Shown here: piece after piece, positions 9,716-20,710 of the stretch
How the letters are laid out: each line of letters begins with the position of its first letter
Position numbering within the stretch: position 1 is the stretch's first letter
Origin: Mollicutes bacterium
Lineage (GTDB): Bacteria > Bacillota_I > Bacilli_A > RF39 > UBA660
DNA: 64,000 bases
Direction: 5' to 3'
NCBI GenBank assembly: GCA_012799635.1
Contig: JAAZKW010000023.1
Location: 27,135-91,134 of the forward strand
Notes under the pieces: model-generated
Told to the model about the DNA's origin: nothing
What the model saw: only the letters and a program-made list of their open reading frames with translations
Database searches by the model: none
Position numbers and translations under genes: made by a program

Positions 9716-10489
9716 TCATGGCATAATATTTATGTCAAAAACTTTTTTAACATTTTCATTGGTCTTTTTTATAATTTCCTTCTCAGAAATATTTAAATAT
9801 TTACTTAAAAATTCAATGATATATTTTATATTTCCAGGATGATTAATTTTTCCTCTTACAGGATCTGGTGAAAGGTACGGACAATCAGTTTCTAAAACAA
9901 TATTCTCTAGACCTATTGCATTAACAACTTCTTTTAATTTAGCGTTTTTAAAGGTTACAACTCCACCTATACCTAATTTATATCCTAGTTTTATGTATTC
10001 TCTTGCAGTTTCAATAGAGCCAGTAAAGCAATGGATAACACCTGTTACCTTAAATTTTTTTAAACACTTAATGGTGTCATTTGTGGCATCCCTACTGTGA
10101 ATAACTACTGGTAACTTGTGTTTTTGTGCGATAGCCAGCTGTTTTTCAAATAGCATAATTTGCTCTTCTTTATTATAACCTTGATAATGAAAATCTAAAC
10201 CTATTTCACCAATACCTACAACTCTTTCTTCTTTTAAATGTTTAATTATATAGTCAATATTTTTTGTTTTATAATTTGTTGCGTTTTCAGGATGAATGCC
10301 TAGCGTAGCAAATAAGTTATTATATTTTTTTGCTAACAATATTACCTCTTCATTTGTTTCCTGATTACATCCTGCATTAATTACTCCAAAACAATTATCT
10401 TTTTTTATTTGACTAAGCAATTTTTCTATATCATTATAATACTCTTTATATATATGAGCATGAGTATCCATATACATTTTATTTAACAA
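9716..10489 (-). CDS. tatD: TatD-family metal-dependent DNase/hydrolase
   Basis: DTHAHI, GEIGLDFHY, PVVIHSRDA, ETDCPYL. Confidence 0.88.
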   Translation of the reverse strand: MLNKMYMDTHAHIYKEYYNDIEKLLSQIKKDNCFGVINAGCNQETNEEVILLAKKYNNLFATLGIHPENATNYKTKNIDYIIKHLKEERVVGIGEIGLDFHYQGYNKEEQIMLFEKQLAIAQKHKLPVVIHSRDATNDTIKCLKKFKVTGVIHCFTGSIETAREYIKLGYKLGIGGVVTFKNAKLKEVVNAIGLENIVLETDCPYLSPDPVRGKINHPGNIKYIIEFLSKYLNISEKEIIKKTNENVKKVFDINIMP

Positions 10490-11993
10490 TCCTTTTAAAT
10501 AAAATTTCTGGTTTTTCTAAACCTACATTATAATTTTCACTTTTATCTATATCTTGAAACGATTGTTCTTCTAAATTAAGTTGCTTAAATATTTTTTTTG
10601 CTGTCTGGGGCAAAAAAGCGTTTAACATAATACTTCCTTTTCTTATTGATTCAAGAAGATTATATATTATAGTTTCAAGTCTTTTGTTTTCCTTTTCATC
10701 TTTTGAAAGCAACCATGGTGTTGTTTCATCAATATATTTATTGCATTTTCTAAATAAATCAAAAATTAATTCTAAAGCTTCATTAACTTTCAATTCCTCA
10801 ATCTTTTTATCAACACTATCTTTTAGGTTATTTGCAGTAATAATAAGTTCATTATCAATTTTTTCATTTTTGTCCGAAATCGTTATTTTACCATCAAAAT
10901 ATTTTATTGCCATTTGCATGGTTCTACTTAAAAGATTTCCTAAAATATTGCATAAATCATTATTTGTCCTTAATATTAGTGCTTCTTCAGAAAAATTTCC
11001 ATCAGATCCAAAAGGAACTTCCCTTAAGACAAAATACCTTACAGCATCAACACCATATGCATCTATATATTCCCTTGGATCTTTATAATTTCCTAAACTT
11101 TTAGATATTTTTCCACCATCAATAGTAAGCCACCCATGACCATATACTCTTTTAGGCAACGGTAGATCAAGAGCCATTAATAACGCTGGCCAAATAATGG
11201 TGTGAAAACGAACAATTTCTTTCCCAACCAATTGTAAGTCTGCAGGCCAATATTTTTTAAAACTTTCAGTTTCTTTTGGATACCCCAATGAAGTAATATA
11301 ATTTGACAGTGCATCTATCCACACATAAATAACATGTTTATCATCAAAATCAACTGGTATTCCCCATTTAAATGAAGTTCTTGATACACAAAGATCTTCA
11401 AGTCCCGGTTTTATAAAATTATTAATCATTTCATTTTTTCTTGATTTTGGTTCTATGAAATCAGGATGAGTTTCAATATGTTCTTCTAATTGCTTTTGAT
11501 ATTTAGAAAGTTTAAAAAAATATGCCTCCTCACTAACACGAGTTAAATCTCTGCCACAATCTGGACATTTACCAGATGATGATTGGTTCGGAGCCCAAAA
11601 CGATTCACATGGAACACAATATAACCCTTTATATTCACCTTTATAAATATCTCCTTTTTCATATAATTTTTTAAATATTTGTTGAACACTTTTAATATGT
11701 TCTTTATCTGTTGTTCTAATAAAATAATCATAAGAAATGTCTAACTTTTCCCATAAATCTTTTGCATCCGCTATTATTTTATCAACATACTCTTTTGGAC
11801 TTAAACCAACTTCTTTTGCTTTAGTTTCTATCTTAAGACCATGTTCATCCGTACCTGTCTGATAAAACACATCATACCCACTTAATCTTTTATATCTTGC
11901 TAGTGCATCTGCTATTATTGTTGTATAACAATGTCCAATATGAAAATTTGCACTTGGATAATATATAGGTGTTGTAATATAATATTTTTTCAT
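10479..11993 (-). CDS. metG: Methionine--tRNA ligase (short form)
   Basis: HIGH-type motif ANFHIGHCY, a zinc knuckle CVPCESF...CPDCG, and KISKSLGN (KMSKS). Confidence 0.93.
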   Translation of the reverse strand: MKKYYITTPIYYPSANFHIGHCYTTIIADALARYKRLSGYDVFYQTGTDEHGLKIETKAKEVGLSPKEYVDKIIADAKDLWEKLDISYDYFIRTTDKEHIKSVQQIFKKLYEKGDIYKGEYKGLYCVPCESFWAPNQSSSGKCPDCGRDLTRVSEEAYFFKLSKYQKQLEEHIETHPDFIEPKSRKNEMINNFIKPGLEDLCVSRTSFKWGIPVDFDDKHVIYVWIDALSNYITSLGYPKETESFKKYWPADLQLVGKEIVRFHTIIWPALLMALDLPLPKRVYGHGWLTIDGGKISKSLGNYKDPREYIDAYGVDAVRYFVLREVPFGSDGNFSEEALILRTNNDLCNILGNLLSRTMQMAIKYFDGKITISDKNEKIDNELIITANNLKDSVDKKIEELKVNEALELIFDLFRKCNKYIDETTPWLLSKDEKENKRLETIIYNLLESIRKGSIMLNAFLPQTAKKIFKQLNLEEQSFQDIDKSENYNVGLEKPEILFKRIVK

Positions 11994-12002
11994 AAATACC
12001 TT

Positions 12003-12215
12003 CCTTTCATAAAAAAATCATGAACTAAAGGACGAGTTTACCCGCGGTACCACCTTAATTCATGATTAATCATGCTCTTTAATTAATAAAGGAATTACCC
12101 TTAATGCTCAAAGGCTCACTAAATGATCTTTTTTATTTCTTTTCACCTACCAGAAACTCTCTTAAAAACAGTTTTCATTTATCTTCTTATCGATGCACTT
12201 ACAAATTATATTAAC
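12003..12215 (-). promoter_or_regulatory. T-box riboswitch leader controlling metG
   Basis: The minus strand carries the T-box sequence GGTGGTACCGCGGG (plus 12041..12054). A terminator (arms 12017..12031 and 12053..12066) overlaps it and is followed by a U-run (plus A-run 12011..12017). AGAGAG and AGTGA stem-I motifs lie further 5'. Candidate AUG specifier at plus 12071..12073. Possible promoter TTGAAT (12231..12236), 17 nt, TAATAT (12208..12213). Confidence 0.85.
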
Positions 12216-12232
12216 ACAACTTTTTTGATTAT

Positions 12233-15200
12233 TCAATTACTATTTATTTCAATACTATTAAGTAATTTAACAATATATCTAATAAAATGGTTTTCTAAAT
12301 TTTTATAATATAAAGTTATAATAATTTCATCTCTTTTATATACAAGTTTGAAATTTCTTGATATACTCAGCATTTTATATAAAAATTTGTCACCTTTAAT
12401 ATTACATGAAATTTCTTTTGGTAGAGTTATTTCTATCATTCTATCTGTTTGTAATACTTTGGTAATATTTATTTTTTTCGCAATGTTTTCAAACCACTGT
12501 TCATACATATAGTCAATTATTTTATCGTTTAGTTTTCCAAAGCGATCTTCTAATTCATATTTTACTTTATTGAATTTATCAAACGAATCAATACTATTTA
12601 TCATTTGATGTATTTCAATTTTAACAGTTTCATCTGAAACATAATTATCTTCAATATGTGTATCAACATTAATAAGATATTTATCATCCCCACGTTCTTC
12701 TACTTTTTCGCCTTTTTGTCTTCTAATTTCATCCTCAATCATTTTTGTATATAAAGCGACTCCCACACTATCTATAAAACCGGCTTGACTCGAACCAAAT
12801 ATATCTCCTGCACCCCTAATAGAAAGATCTCTCATCGCAATTCTATAACCACTTCCTAATGCAGTAAATTCTTTAATTGTTTCTAATCTCTTTATTGCTG
12901 CATCATTTAATCTTTTATCAATATTAAATAACAGATATGCATACGCAATACGGTCTGATCTTCCAACTCGGCCTCTAAGTTGATATAACTGTGAAAGACC
13001 TAATTGATCCGCCTCATAAACAATTAACGTGTTTACGTTTGGAATGTCTATTCCATTTTCAATAATCGTTGTACAAACTAAAATATTAAATTTTTTATCT
13101 ATAAAATCCTGCATAATATTCTCTAAATCTATTTTACTCATCTTTCCATGAGTATATCTAATTTCTTCACCTACAAGTTTTTTTAATAAATTAGTTTTTC
13201 TTTCAATGTTTTCAACATTGTTATATAAAACAAAAATTTGCCCATCCCTTGAAAGCTCTTTATAAATTGCATCTTTAACTATTAAGTCATCTGCTGCTAT
13301 CACATATGTTTGAACAGGATATCTATTTATTGGTGGAGTTTCTATTATTGATAAATCTCTAAACCCGGATAACGCCATTTTTAATGTCCTTGGGATTGGT
13401 GTTGCTGATAAAGTTAATACATTAACATCTTTTCTTAATTCTTTAATTATTTCTTTTTGTTTTACACCAAATCTTTGTTCTTCATCAACTACAAGCAAAC
13501 CTAAGTTTTTAAATTTAATTTTTTTATTAAACAACTTATGAGTTCCAAAAACAATGTCAATAGTTCCTTTTTTTAATTTATCAATTATTTCGTTTTCTTC
13601 TTTTTTGGTTGTAAATCTATTAAATAGTGCAATAGTTATTGGATGATCTTTTAATCTTTCTATAGCAACATTATATTGTTGCTTTGAAAGGATTGTCGTT
13701 GGACAAAGATACACAACTTGATCACCATTGTAAACCGCGTTTATCATTGCTCTTAAGGCAATCTCTGTTTTTCCAAATCCAACATCTCCACATAATAATC
13801 GGTCCATAGGATATTCAGCTGCTAAATCTTCATAAATATCGTTAATTGCTTTTTTTTGATCGGTTGTTAATTCAAAATCAAAGTTGGCTGCTAATAATTC
13901 TTCTTCTTCATATCTTTTATATGGTTTTTTCTTTATTAATATTCTTTCCTTATATAATTTTATCAATTCCTTAGAAATATCTTTTACTTTCTTTTCCACA
14001 TATGCTCTTGTTTTAAGCCAAGCCGTAGAATTTAAAGCATTTATTTTCGGAACAGTTCCATCTTTATCTGAGTATTTATAAATGTTGTTAATCTTTTCAA
14101 CGGGAATATATATTTTATCTCCTTTTAAATACAATAATTCAATATAATCTTTGCTAATAAAGTTTTTTGTTAATTTCTTAATGCCATTATAAACTCCAAT
14201 CCCATGAGATATGTGAACAATATAATCCCCAACAGTAAGTTCTCCATAATCTTTAATTCTTTTTCCACCATAAAAATAGTTCTTATATTTGTAATTGTGA
14301 GTTGTTTTTTCAATATCAAACTCAGAAATTACAACTTCATTTCCTATAATAAAACCACGGTTGATTTTTTTATTTACTATTTTAGGATTTTTAATTTTCT
14401 CTTTAATTATTTTAATTTGTTTATCACTAGAAAGAAAAAAAGTAATCTTCTTTTTGTTTTTTTCCCATTCTATAACTTTTTTTTGAAGTAAGCTATAATT
14501 TTGATTAAAATTTTCAATTTCTTGTGCGTCATATACTATATCTTTTTTACTTGTTTGAAATTTGTTTAAAGATACTTCCTTTTCTATATATAAATCTTCA
14601 AGCAAGAAAATAAAATCCTTATCAACATTGTTTTTTTCTTTATACTCTAAAATATCGGACATCAACTTTTTATATGAGGTTTTAATTTGAATTTTATCAA
14701 TATTAACTAAAACCGGATTTTTTAAATAGTCGATTAATGAACTGTTTTCTTGATCCTCTGTTTCTGTAATTGGGGTTATGGTTATTTCTTTTATTTCTTC
14801 ATTTGATATTTGAGTATCTTCATCAAAAGATCTTATTTCTATGATTATGTTATCTTCATATTCTATTCTAATTGGGTGTTTTTTATTAAGTAAAAATATA
14901 TCGACAATCATTCCTCTAACTGAATATTCCCCAGTAGTTGTGGTAATGGACTCTCTATGATATCCCAAACTTTCAATTTTTTCTATTAATTCTTTTCTTC
15001 CAATTTTTGAATTTTTATATAACTTTACTTTACTTTTATTGCTTTTCTCCTTACTTGGTAAATATTTTAAATAACCCATTAAATTAGTAACTACAATATA
15101 ATTTTTTTTCTCAAGTTTATTTAAAGTGTTTAATCTTACAAATTTTAATTCTGGAGATATAGCTTTTACCATTGTTGATAAAAAATCATCCATAACAAAT

Positions 15201-15394
15201 AATAATACATCCTTCGTATATGTCTGAAGGAGATTATAATATTTATTTGCTTCATATAATGAAGAAGCAAGAAGAACTAAATCACCTTTATTTCTTTTAA
15301 ACAATTCTAATACATAAAAAACGTTTAACTCGTTTGTTAAACCACATATTACAGTTTTATTATCATATTTAAAATGTTTAGTTATAAAATCCAT
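12233..15394 (-). CDS. mfd: Transcription-repair coupling factor
   Basis: 1053 aa. CarD-like domain (VGDYIVHISHGIGVY), helicase motifs GDVGFGKTE, VVDEEQRFG, LSATPIPRT, QLRGRVGR. Confidence 0.93.
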   Translation of the reverse strand: MDFITKHFKYDNKTVICGLTNELNVFYVLELFKRNKGDLVLLASSLYEANKYYNLLQTYTKDVLLFVMDDFLSTMVKAISPELKFVRLNTLNKLEKKNYIVVTNLMGYLKYLPSKEKSNKSKVKLYKNSKIGRKELIEKIESLGYHRESITTTTGEYSVRGMIVDIFLLNKKHPIRIEYEDNIIIEIRSFDEDTQISNEEIKEITITPITETEDQENSSLIDYLKNPVLVNIDKIQIKTSYKKLMSDILEYKEKNNVDKDFIFLLEDLYIEKEVSLNKFQTSKKDIVYDAQEIENFNQNYSLLQKKVIEWEKNKKKITFFLSSDKQIKIIKEKIKNPKIVNKKINRGFIIGNEVVISEFDIEKTTHNYKYKNYFYGGKRIKDYGELTVGDYIVHISHGIGVYNGIKKLTKNFISKDYIELLYLKGDKIYIPVEKINNIYKYSDKDGTVPKINALNSTAWLKTRAYVEKKVKDISKELIKLYKERILIKKKPYKRYEEEELLAANFDFELTTDQKKAINDIYEDLAAEYPMDRLLCGDVGFGKTEIALRAMINAVYNGDQVVYLCPTTILSKQQYNVAIERLKDHPITIALFNRFTTKKEENEIIDKLKKGTIDIVFGTHKLFNKKIKFKNLGLLVVDEEQRFGVKQKEIIKELRKDVNVLTLSATPIPRTLKMALSGFRDLSIIETPPINRYPVQTYVIAADDLIVKDAIYKELSRDGQIFVLYNNVENIERKTNLLKKLVGEEIRYTHGKMSKIDLENIMQDFIDKKFNILVCTTIIENGIDIPNVNTLIVYEADQLGLSQLYQLRGRVGRSDRIAYAYLLFNIDKRLNDAAIKRLETIKEFTALGSGYRIAMRDLSIRGAGDIFGSSQAGFIDSVGVALYTKMIEDEIRRQKGEKVEERGDDKYLINVDTHIEDNYVSDETVKIEIHQMINSIDSFDKFNKVKYELEDRFGKLNDKIIDYMYEQWFENIAKKINITKVLQTDRMIEITLPKEISCNIKGDKFLYKMLSISRNFKLVYKRDEIIITLYYKNLENHFIRYIVKLLNSIEINSN

Positions 15395-15402
15395 TTTAGC
15401 CT

Positions 15403-15942
15403 CTAATTAAAATTATTAATAGTATCAGCCACTCCTTTTTCAATAAAGTTTATGATTATATTTTTATAAATATCTTTATTTAAATTTTCAAACTCTATTT
15501 TCGGAAGTTTCCCTAAAACATAATCCGAGGTAAGCATTTCCTTATTGTTTCCAACACCTATTTTTAATCTTAAAAAATCATTTCCATTTAAATATTTAAT
15601 TATACTCTTTATTCCGTTATGACCACCAGAAGTTGAATTTATTTTAAGTTTATAATTCCCTTCTTTTAAATCGATATCATCATGTATTACCAAAATATCT
15701 TCATTTTTAATTTTATAAAAATCAGCTATTTTTTTAACAGTAAGACCAGATAAATTCATATATTGTTGGGGCTTTAAAAAAATTGTTTTTTCTCCATTAA
15801 TATTTTTTTCGTAAACAAGATATTCTTTTTGGTTTTTCCATTTAACATTACCTAAAAAATTATCCAAAACAATAAATCCCACATTATGACGGGTTTTTTT
15901 ATATTCTTTTCCTGGATTTCCCAAACCAACAACCATTTTCAT
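15403..15942 (-). CDS. pth: Peptidyl-tRNA hydrolase
   Basis: VVGLGNPGKEYKKTRHNVGF, SGGHNGIKSI. Confidence 0.92.
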   Translation of the reverse strand: MKMVVGLGNPGKEYKKTRHNVGFIVLDNFLGNVKWKNQKEYLVYEKNINGEKTIFLKPQQYMNLSGLTVKKIADFYKIKNEDILVIHDDIDLKEGNYKLKINSTSGGHNGIKSIIKYLNGNDFLRLKIGVGNNKEMLTSDYVLGKLPKIEFENLNKDIYKNIIINFIEKGVADTINNFN

Positions 15943-15945
15943 AAT

Positions 15946-16656
15946 TTATTCCTTTCTAAAAATATTTTTATAAGACTTTAAGTTTTCGATACATATAATA
16001 TTTTGGATTTTTATTCCTGGCTTACTATTTTTAATCCCCTTCACTAGAACTAATGATGGCTCTAATTTTTGTTTTGTTTTAATTAAAGTTACTTTTTTTA
16101 TATTTAATTTATACATAAAACCATAATAAATTATTTCATCTAATCTATCACATTTATGAACTAAATACAACACTCCCTTATTCTGCAACATTTCTGAAGA
16201 AATTTTAAAAATTTCTTCAAGGTTTATTTTAATCTCATGTCTTGCTATAGATAATATTTTGTTTTTATTTATTAAATTTGTATTACTTATTTTATAGTAC
16301 GGTGGATTGCATGTTATTGTGTCTATTTGTCCTTTTGAAAAATAGTTTTTAATATTTCTAACATCATCATTTATAATCGCCAATTTTTTTTCTAATTTAT
16401 TTAATTTAATCGATTTTAATCCGAGTTTATATATTTCAGACTGAATTTCAAAACCAGTTATTTTCGAATTTGTATATGTTGATAAAATTAAAGGAACAAC
16501 CATATTACCTGAACAAAAATCCACAATATTCTTATTATCTAATGGTAAATCAACATACTCGGCTAATAATATGGAATCAAGGGAAAATTTAAAAAAATCA
16601 CCATCTTGATATATATATCTGTTTTCGTAATCAAACAAATCATTTTTCTGCAACAT
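15946..16656 (-). CDS. SAM-dependent methyltransferase, TrmN6/YabB-like
   Basis: ITCNPPYY catalytic motif and a DFCSGN SAM-binding-like motif. It occupies the yabB position after yaaT. Confidence 0.65.
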   Translation of the reverse strand: MLQKNDLFDYENRYIYQDGDFFKFSLDSILLAEYVDLPLDNKNIVDFCSGNMVVPLILSTYTNSKITGFEIQSEIYKLGLKSIKLNKLEKKLAIINDDVRNIKNYFSKGQIDTITCNPPYYKISNTNLINKNKILSIARHEIKINLEEIFKISSEMLQNKGVLYLVHKCDRLDEIIYYGFMYKLNIKKVTLIKTKQKLEPSLVLVKGIKNSKPGIKIQNIICIENLKSYKNIFRKE

Positions 16657-17437
16657 TATTTACATCTTCAGCATCTATTGTTATTTTTTCGTCATTAAGA
16701 AGAATTTTATATTTTCTACTTAAAATATCCACATTTATTATTTTTGCCTCTTCTCCCTTATATTTAATTATTGATCCAATTTGTTTAAGCCCTTTACTAC
16801 ACCTAGTATACTCTTCGTCTTCATAACAAAGACAGCACAAAAGTCTTCCACAAGCCCCATTAATTTTTGATGGATTAAGAGCTAAATTTTGATTTTTTGC
16901 TTTATTCATAGAAATTGATTCAATGTGATTTAAAAAAGCAGAACAACAAAGATTTTGCCCGCATATACCTATACCACCAATTTGCCTCGCTTTATCCCTT
17001 GCACCAATTTGCCTTAGTTCAATTCTTGTTTTATAAATGCTCGCAAGTTTTTTTGCAAGTTCTCTAAAATCAACTCTGTCATCGGCAGAAAAATTAATTA
17101 ATAGCTGACTTTTGTCAAGATTAAATGATGCATTTATAACATACATTTCCAATTTTAATTTTTTCACTATTTCTTTACATTTTTCTGCTGCTTTTATACC
17201 TTCTTCTAGGTTTTCTTGATGCTTTTTTCTTTCTTCTTTACTTGCAAGCCTTATTATATCATCAAAAATCATATCATCTTTTACAGCATCATAAATAGAA
17301 ACTACTTTTCCAAATTGTTCACCATTTTGTGTATTAACAATTACTTCTTCGGATATTTGATAATCTTTTTCCGATTTAAATATATAAACTTTACAATTGT
17401 TGTTAAAAATAATTCCATAATATCTATATTTTTTCAT
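16640..17437 (-). CDS. yaaT: PSP1-domain protein YaaT/RicT (stage 0 sporulation protein)
   Basis: Cys-rich PSP1 C-terminus: GGIGICGQNLCCSAFL and GACGRLLCCLCYE. Follows holB, as in B. subtilis. Confidence 0.85.
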   Translation of the reverse strand: MKKYRYYGIIFNNNCKVYIFKSEKDYQISEEVIVNTQNGEQFGKVVSIYDAVKDDMIFDDIIRLASKEERKKHQENLEEGIKAAEKCKEIVKKLKLEMYVINASFNLDKSQLLINFSADDRVDFRELAKKLASIYKTRIELRQIGARDKARQIGGIGICGQNLCCSAFLNHIESISMNKAKNQNLALNPSKINGACGRLLCCLCYEDEEYTRCSKGLKQIGSIIKYKGEEAKIINVDILSRKYKILLNDEKITIDAEDVNNVAEK

Positions 17438-18209
17438 TTAATTCACTCATTTCTATTCCAAAACTATTTAATAAAATATTAACATTGACATTGTAGTTAA
17501 GTTGTTCAATATACTTGTTAATAATTTGTATTTTTGAATAATTATTAACATATATATTTTTATTATATAAATCATCACGATAAATATTTAATAAATAATT
17601 CAAAAATTTAATTACCATTTCCCTTTCAGTAATCTTCTTAAAAAGATTATTATTATTATACCATAAAATATTGCTCTTTTTTTCAATATTTTCAATAAAT
17701 TCCATTGCTCTTAAATATAATTCTTCATCTTCATAATAACATTGATCTTCCTCATATTTACTTTTTATTATTTCGCATCTACTAACAATTGTTTCTGGAA
17801 CCATAATTTTATTTTTTGTAACAAAAAAACCAAATATGTTTTTTTCAGGTTCTTCAATAAATTTTAACAATCTATTATATGCTGTGCTATTCATTTTCTC
17901 TGGTTCACAAATAATATAAACATTGTAACTAATCATCGTCGGTTTCAAAGAAAATGCTCTTTTTAAATTATCTATTGAATCTTTTTTAATTTTATTTTCT
18001 TTAGGCTTTATAATAACAACATTTGGGTGGCTATCAGTATTTAAAAGTTTTTTAAAATTATTATCTTTTTTATCAAAAATATTACACAAAAACCTTTTTA
18101 TTTCATTAACTGTTTGCTCAATATTTGTTGTAACAACTAAATAAGAATGAGAAAGTTTATTCTCAACAAAAACTTTTGTTAACTGACTAATTTGGTCATC
18201 TTTTTTCAA
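17424..18209 (-). CDS. holB: DNA polymerase III delta' subunit
   Basis: 261 aa. LSHSYLV at the N-terminus, LLKFIEEPE and IVSRC motifs. Positional synteny also supports the call. Confidence 0.75.
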   Translation of the reverse strand: MKKDDQISQLTKVFVENKLSHSYLVVTTNIEQTVNEIKRFLCNIFDKKDNNFKKLLNTDSHPNVVIIKPKENKIKKDSIDNLKRAFSLKPTMISYNVYIICEPEKMNSTAYNRLLKFIEEPEKNIFGFFVTKNKIMVPETIVSRCEIIKSKYEEDQCYYEDEELYLRAMEFIENIEKKSNILWYNNNNLFKKITEREMVIKFLNYLLNIYRDDLYNKNIYVNNYSKIQIINKYIEQLNYNVNVNILLNSFGIEMSELNEKI

Positions 18210-18220
18210 ATCAGCCTCCT

Positions 18221-18817
18221 TTATAATATTTTTCGATCTTGCAAAGCCTTATCAAGCGTTAAAACATCTAAATAATCTATTTCTGCCCCCATTGGTATTC
18301 CATATGAAAGCCTAGATATTGTCACATTTTTATCTTCAAATATTTTTTTAATATATAGCGTTGTTGTCTCACCTTCAATCGATGATTTTAATGCAAGAAT
18401 TATTTCAGGATTATCAAGTTTATCAATCCTATCTATTAAACTTCTTATATTGATATCTTCAGGACCAATATCTTTCATTGGTGAAATTAAACCATTTAAA
18501 ATATGATACATCCCTTTATAATTTCCGGCTTTCTCAAAAGAATAAACACTTTTATAATCTTCAATAACACATATTAAGTTTTTGTTTCGAGAACTATCGT
18601 TACATATTGAACAAGTTTCTTTATCTGTCAAATTATTGCATATTTTACAAGGAACAAGATTTTGTTTTGCTAAAACTATGTTTTTTGAAAAACTAACTAT
18701 TTCATCATCATCAAGTTCTATTGTTGCAAGCGCGAGTCTTTCAGCACTTTTTTCACCAATTGTAGGCAATTTCTTATAAAAAGAAATTAGTTTTTCCAAC
18801 AAGTTCGGATAGACCAT
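18221..18817 (-). CDS. recR: Recombination protein RecR
   Basis: LPTIGEKSAERLA, zinc finger CKICNN...CSIC, Toprim VIEDYKSVYSFEK. Confidence 0.93.
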   Translation of the reverse strand: MVYPNLLEKLISFYKKLPTIGEKSAERLALATIELDDDEIVSFSKNIVLAKQNLVPCKICNNLTDKETCSICNDSSRNKNLICVIEDYKSVYSFEKAGNYKGMYHILNGLISPMKDIGPEDINIRSLIDRIDKLDNPEIILALKSSIEGETTTLYIKKIFEDKNVTISRLSYGIPMGAEIDYLDVLTLDKALQDRKIL

Positions 18818-19113
18818 TAGAATAAACCGCCCATTTTGGAATACTCACCCATTTGATTTTCAGTTTCTTTATCAATCTTATTCATAGCATCTTTAATAGC
18901 AAGAATTAACATATCCGTCAATATTTCTTTGTTTTCTTTTTCAAAAGCATCATCGCATGTTATTTCAAGCTCCGTAATTTCCTTTTTTCCATTGAATTTT
19001 ACCGTTACCCACTCTGACTTTCCTTCAAAGCTCATTGCATCAAGTTTTTCTTTTTTACTCATTATGTCTCTTTGCATTTTCTGTGCTTGAGCCATTATTT
19101 GTTGCATATTCAT
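18817..19113 (-). CDS. ybaB: Nucleoid-associated protein YbaB/EbfC
   Basis: 98 aa. MQQIMAQAQKMQ at the N-terminus and a MGGLF C-terminus. Lies between dnaX and recR. Confidence 0.88.
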   Translation of the reverse strand: MNMQQIMAQAQKMQRDIMSKKEKLDAMSFEGKSEWVTVKFNGKKEITELEITCDDAFEKENKEILTDMLILAIKDAMNKIDKETENQMGEYSKMGGLF

Positions 19114-19121
19114 ATTTTCTC

Positions 19122-20666
19122 CTATCTCATTTCTACAATTTTATCATCAAATACATTATCAATTAAGTCCTCTTTTTTCTTCGGTTCTTCTATCATATTA
19201 TATTTTATTTTATTTTTAATATTTTCTTTATATTTTTTTACTTCCATCTCCCATCTAACGCTTGATATTGCAATAAAATTTAATATTGAGTCATTCTTTT
19301 TATTAAATTTTGTAGTAATTTCCTCAATATTTTCGTTAATTTCATCTACTATATCTTGAATTTCTGTTTTTATTACCAATATTATGTCTGATGCAAGCAC
19401 AATCTCAGAATCACTCAATAATGATTTCATTTTCTTGCTTGTACTTTCATTTACAAAATTATACCACTGTTCTTTTGCTTTTGCTAAGCGCGTTTTTTTA
19501 GCATCAACAAAGCAATTATTTACTCTTATATCCACTAACGTTTTAATATACTTTTGTTTTTTTTCTCGCTCTTCTGTTGTCTTGGTAACGTTTGTTTCTA
19601 TTGCTTCCTTTTTTTCCTCTTTTCTCATGTTTTTTTCAAAATCAATGTTATCAATTAAAATTAATTCTAACAAATCATAAGAATCAAAGCCAACGTTTGC
19701 TTTATATAGTGTAGAAGCTATATCAAAAGCCATTTTTTTATAATCTTCATATTCCAACCTTTTAATATCATTGGATATTTTAATTTCTATAGCTTTCTCT
19801 TTTATTGAATCTATCATATTTTTACAAACCATTTTATAGTCTGCTGCAAGAGATTTAACTTTTTTGATAAATTTTCTTACTTCATCAATATTATTATCCT
19901 CAACTGAGTTAAAAAGATTTTTTATTTCTTTTTTTGAAACAATACCAACTGTTTTTAAAACATCTTCTTCTGTTATTTCTTTGGTTATTTTTGACATTTG
20001 ATCAAGCATGCTTAATGCATCTCTTAATGCTCCATCTGAATATTTTGATATTTGTTCTATCGCATCATCGGTTATTTTTATTTTTTCAGACTTTGCAACT
20101 TTTAAGATTTGCTTTGCTATCGTTTCATCTGCAATTCTACGAAAGTCAAGTCTTTGACATCTAGATAGTATCGTTATTGGAACACTTTCAACATTCGTAG
20201 TGGCAAGAACAAATACAACGTGCGAAGGAGGTTCTTCTAATGTTAATAACAATGCATTAAAAGCACTTGGGCTCAACATATGAACCTCATCAACAATGTA
20301 TACTTTATATTTTGAATTAAGTGGTGCTAACTTTATGTTATCTATAATTTCACGAATTTGATCTACACCATTATTAGAGGCAGCATCTATTTCATATATA
20401 TCACTACTTTGTAAGTAATTTATGCATTTTTCACATTTATTACAAGGATTTCCTTTTTTTAATTCAAGACAATTTATTGCTTTTGCAAAAATTTTTGCTG
20501 TGCTTGTTTTTCCTGTCCCTCTTGGACCAGAAAAAATATATGCATGTGATATTTTTGCATTACTGACACTTTCTTTTAATATATTTATAGTTGTGTTTTG
20601 GCCCAGAACCTCGTCAAACGTTGCCGGCCTATATTTTCTGTATAATACTTTGTAGTCTTTTGTCAT
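19122..20666 (-). CDS. dnaX: DNA polymerase III gamma/tau subunit
   Basis: YRKYRP, SGPRGTGKTS, zinc module CNKCEKC, VYIVDEVHML, SRCQR. Confidence 0.93.
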   Translation of the reverse strand: MTKDYKVLYRKYRPATFDEVLGQNTTINILKESVSNAKISHAYIFSGPRGTGKTSTAKIFAKAINCLELKKGNPCNKCEKCINYLQSSDIYEIDAASNNGVDQIREIIDNIKLAPLNSKYKVYIVDEVHMLSPSAFNALLLTLEEPPSHVVFVLATTNVESVPITILSRCQRLDFRRIADETIAKQILKVAKSEKIKITDDAIEQISKYSDGALRDALSMLDQMSKITKEITEEDVLKTVGIVSKKEIKNLFNSVEDNNIDEVRKFIKKVKSLAADYKMVCKNMIDSIKEKAIEIKISNDIKRLEYEDYKKMAFDIASTLYKANVGFDSYDLLELILIDNIDFEKNMRKEEKKEAIETNVTKTTEEREKKQKYIKTLVDIRVNNCFVDAKKTRLAKAKEQWYNFVNESTSKKMKSLLSDSEIVLASDIILVIKTEIQDIVDEINENIEEITTKFNKKNDSILNFIAISSVRWEMEVKKYKENIKNKIKYNMIEEPKKKEDLIDNVFDDKIVEMR

Positions 20667-20710
20667 TGTTTCTCCCTCGTATTTATTATATCAATTGTAT
20701 CCCTTTTTTT

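Noticed and set aside
12123-12308. Plus-strand 61-aa ORF between metG and mfd
   Set aside because: It lies across the T-box leader (minus strand) and the 3' end of mfd. The region is explained by the riboswitch.
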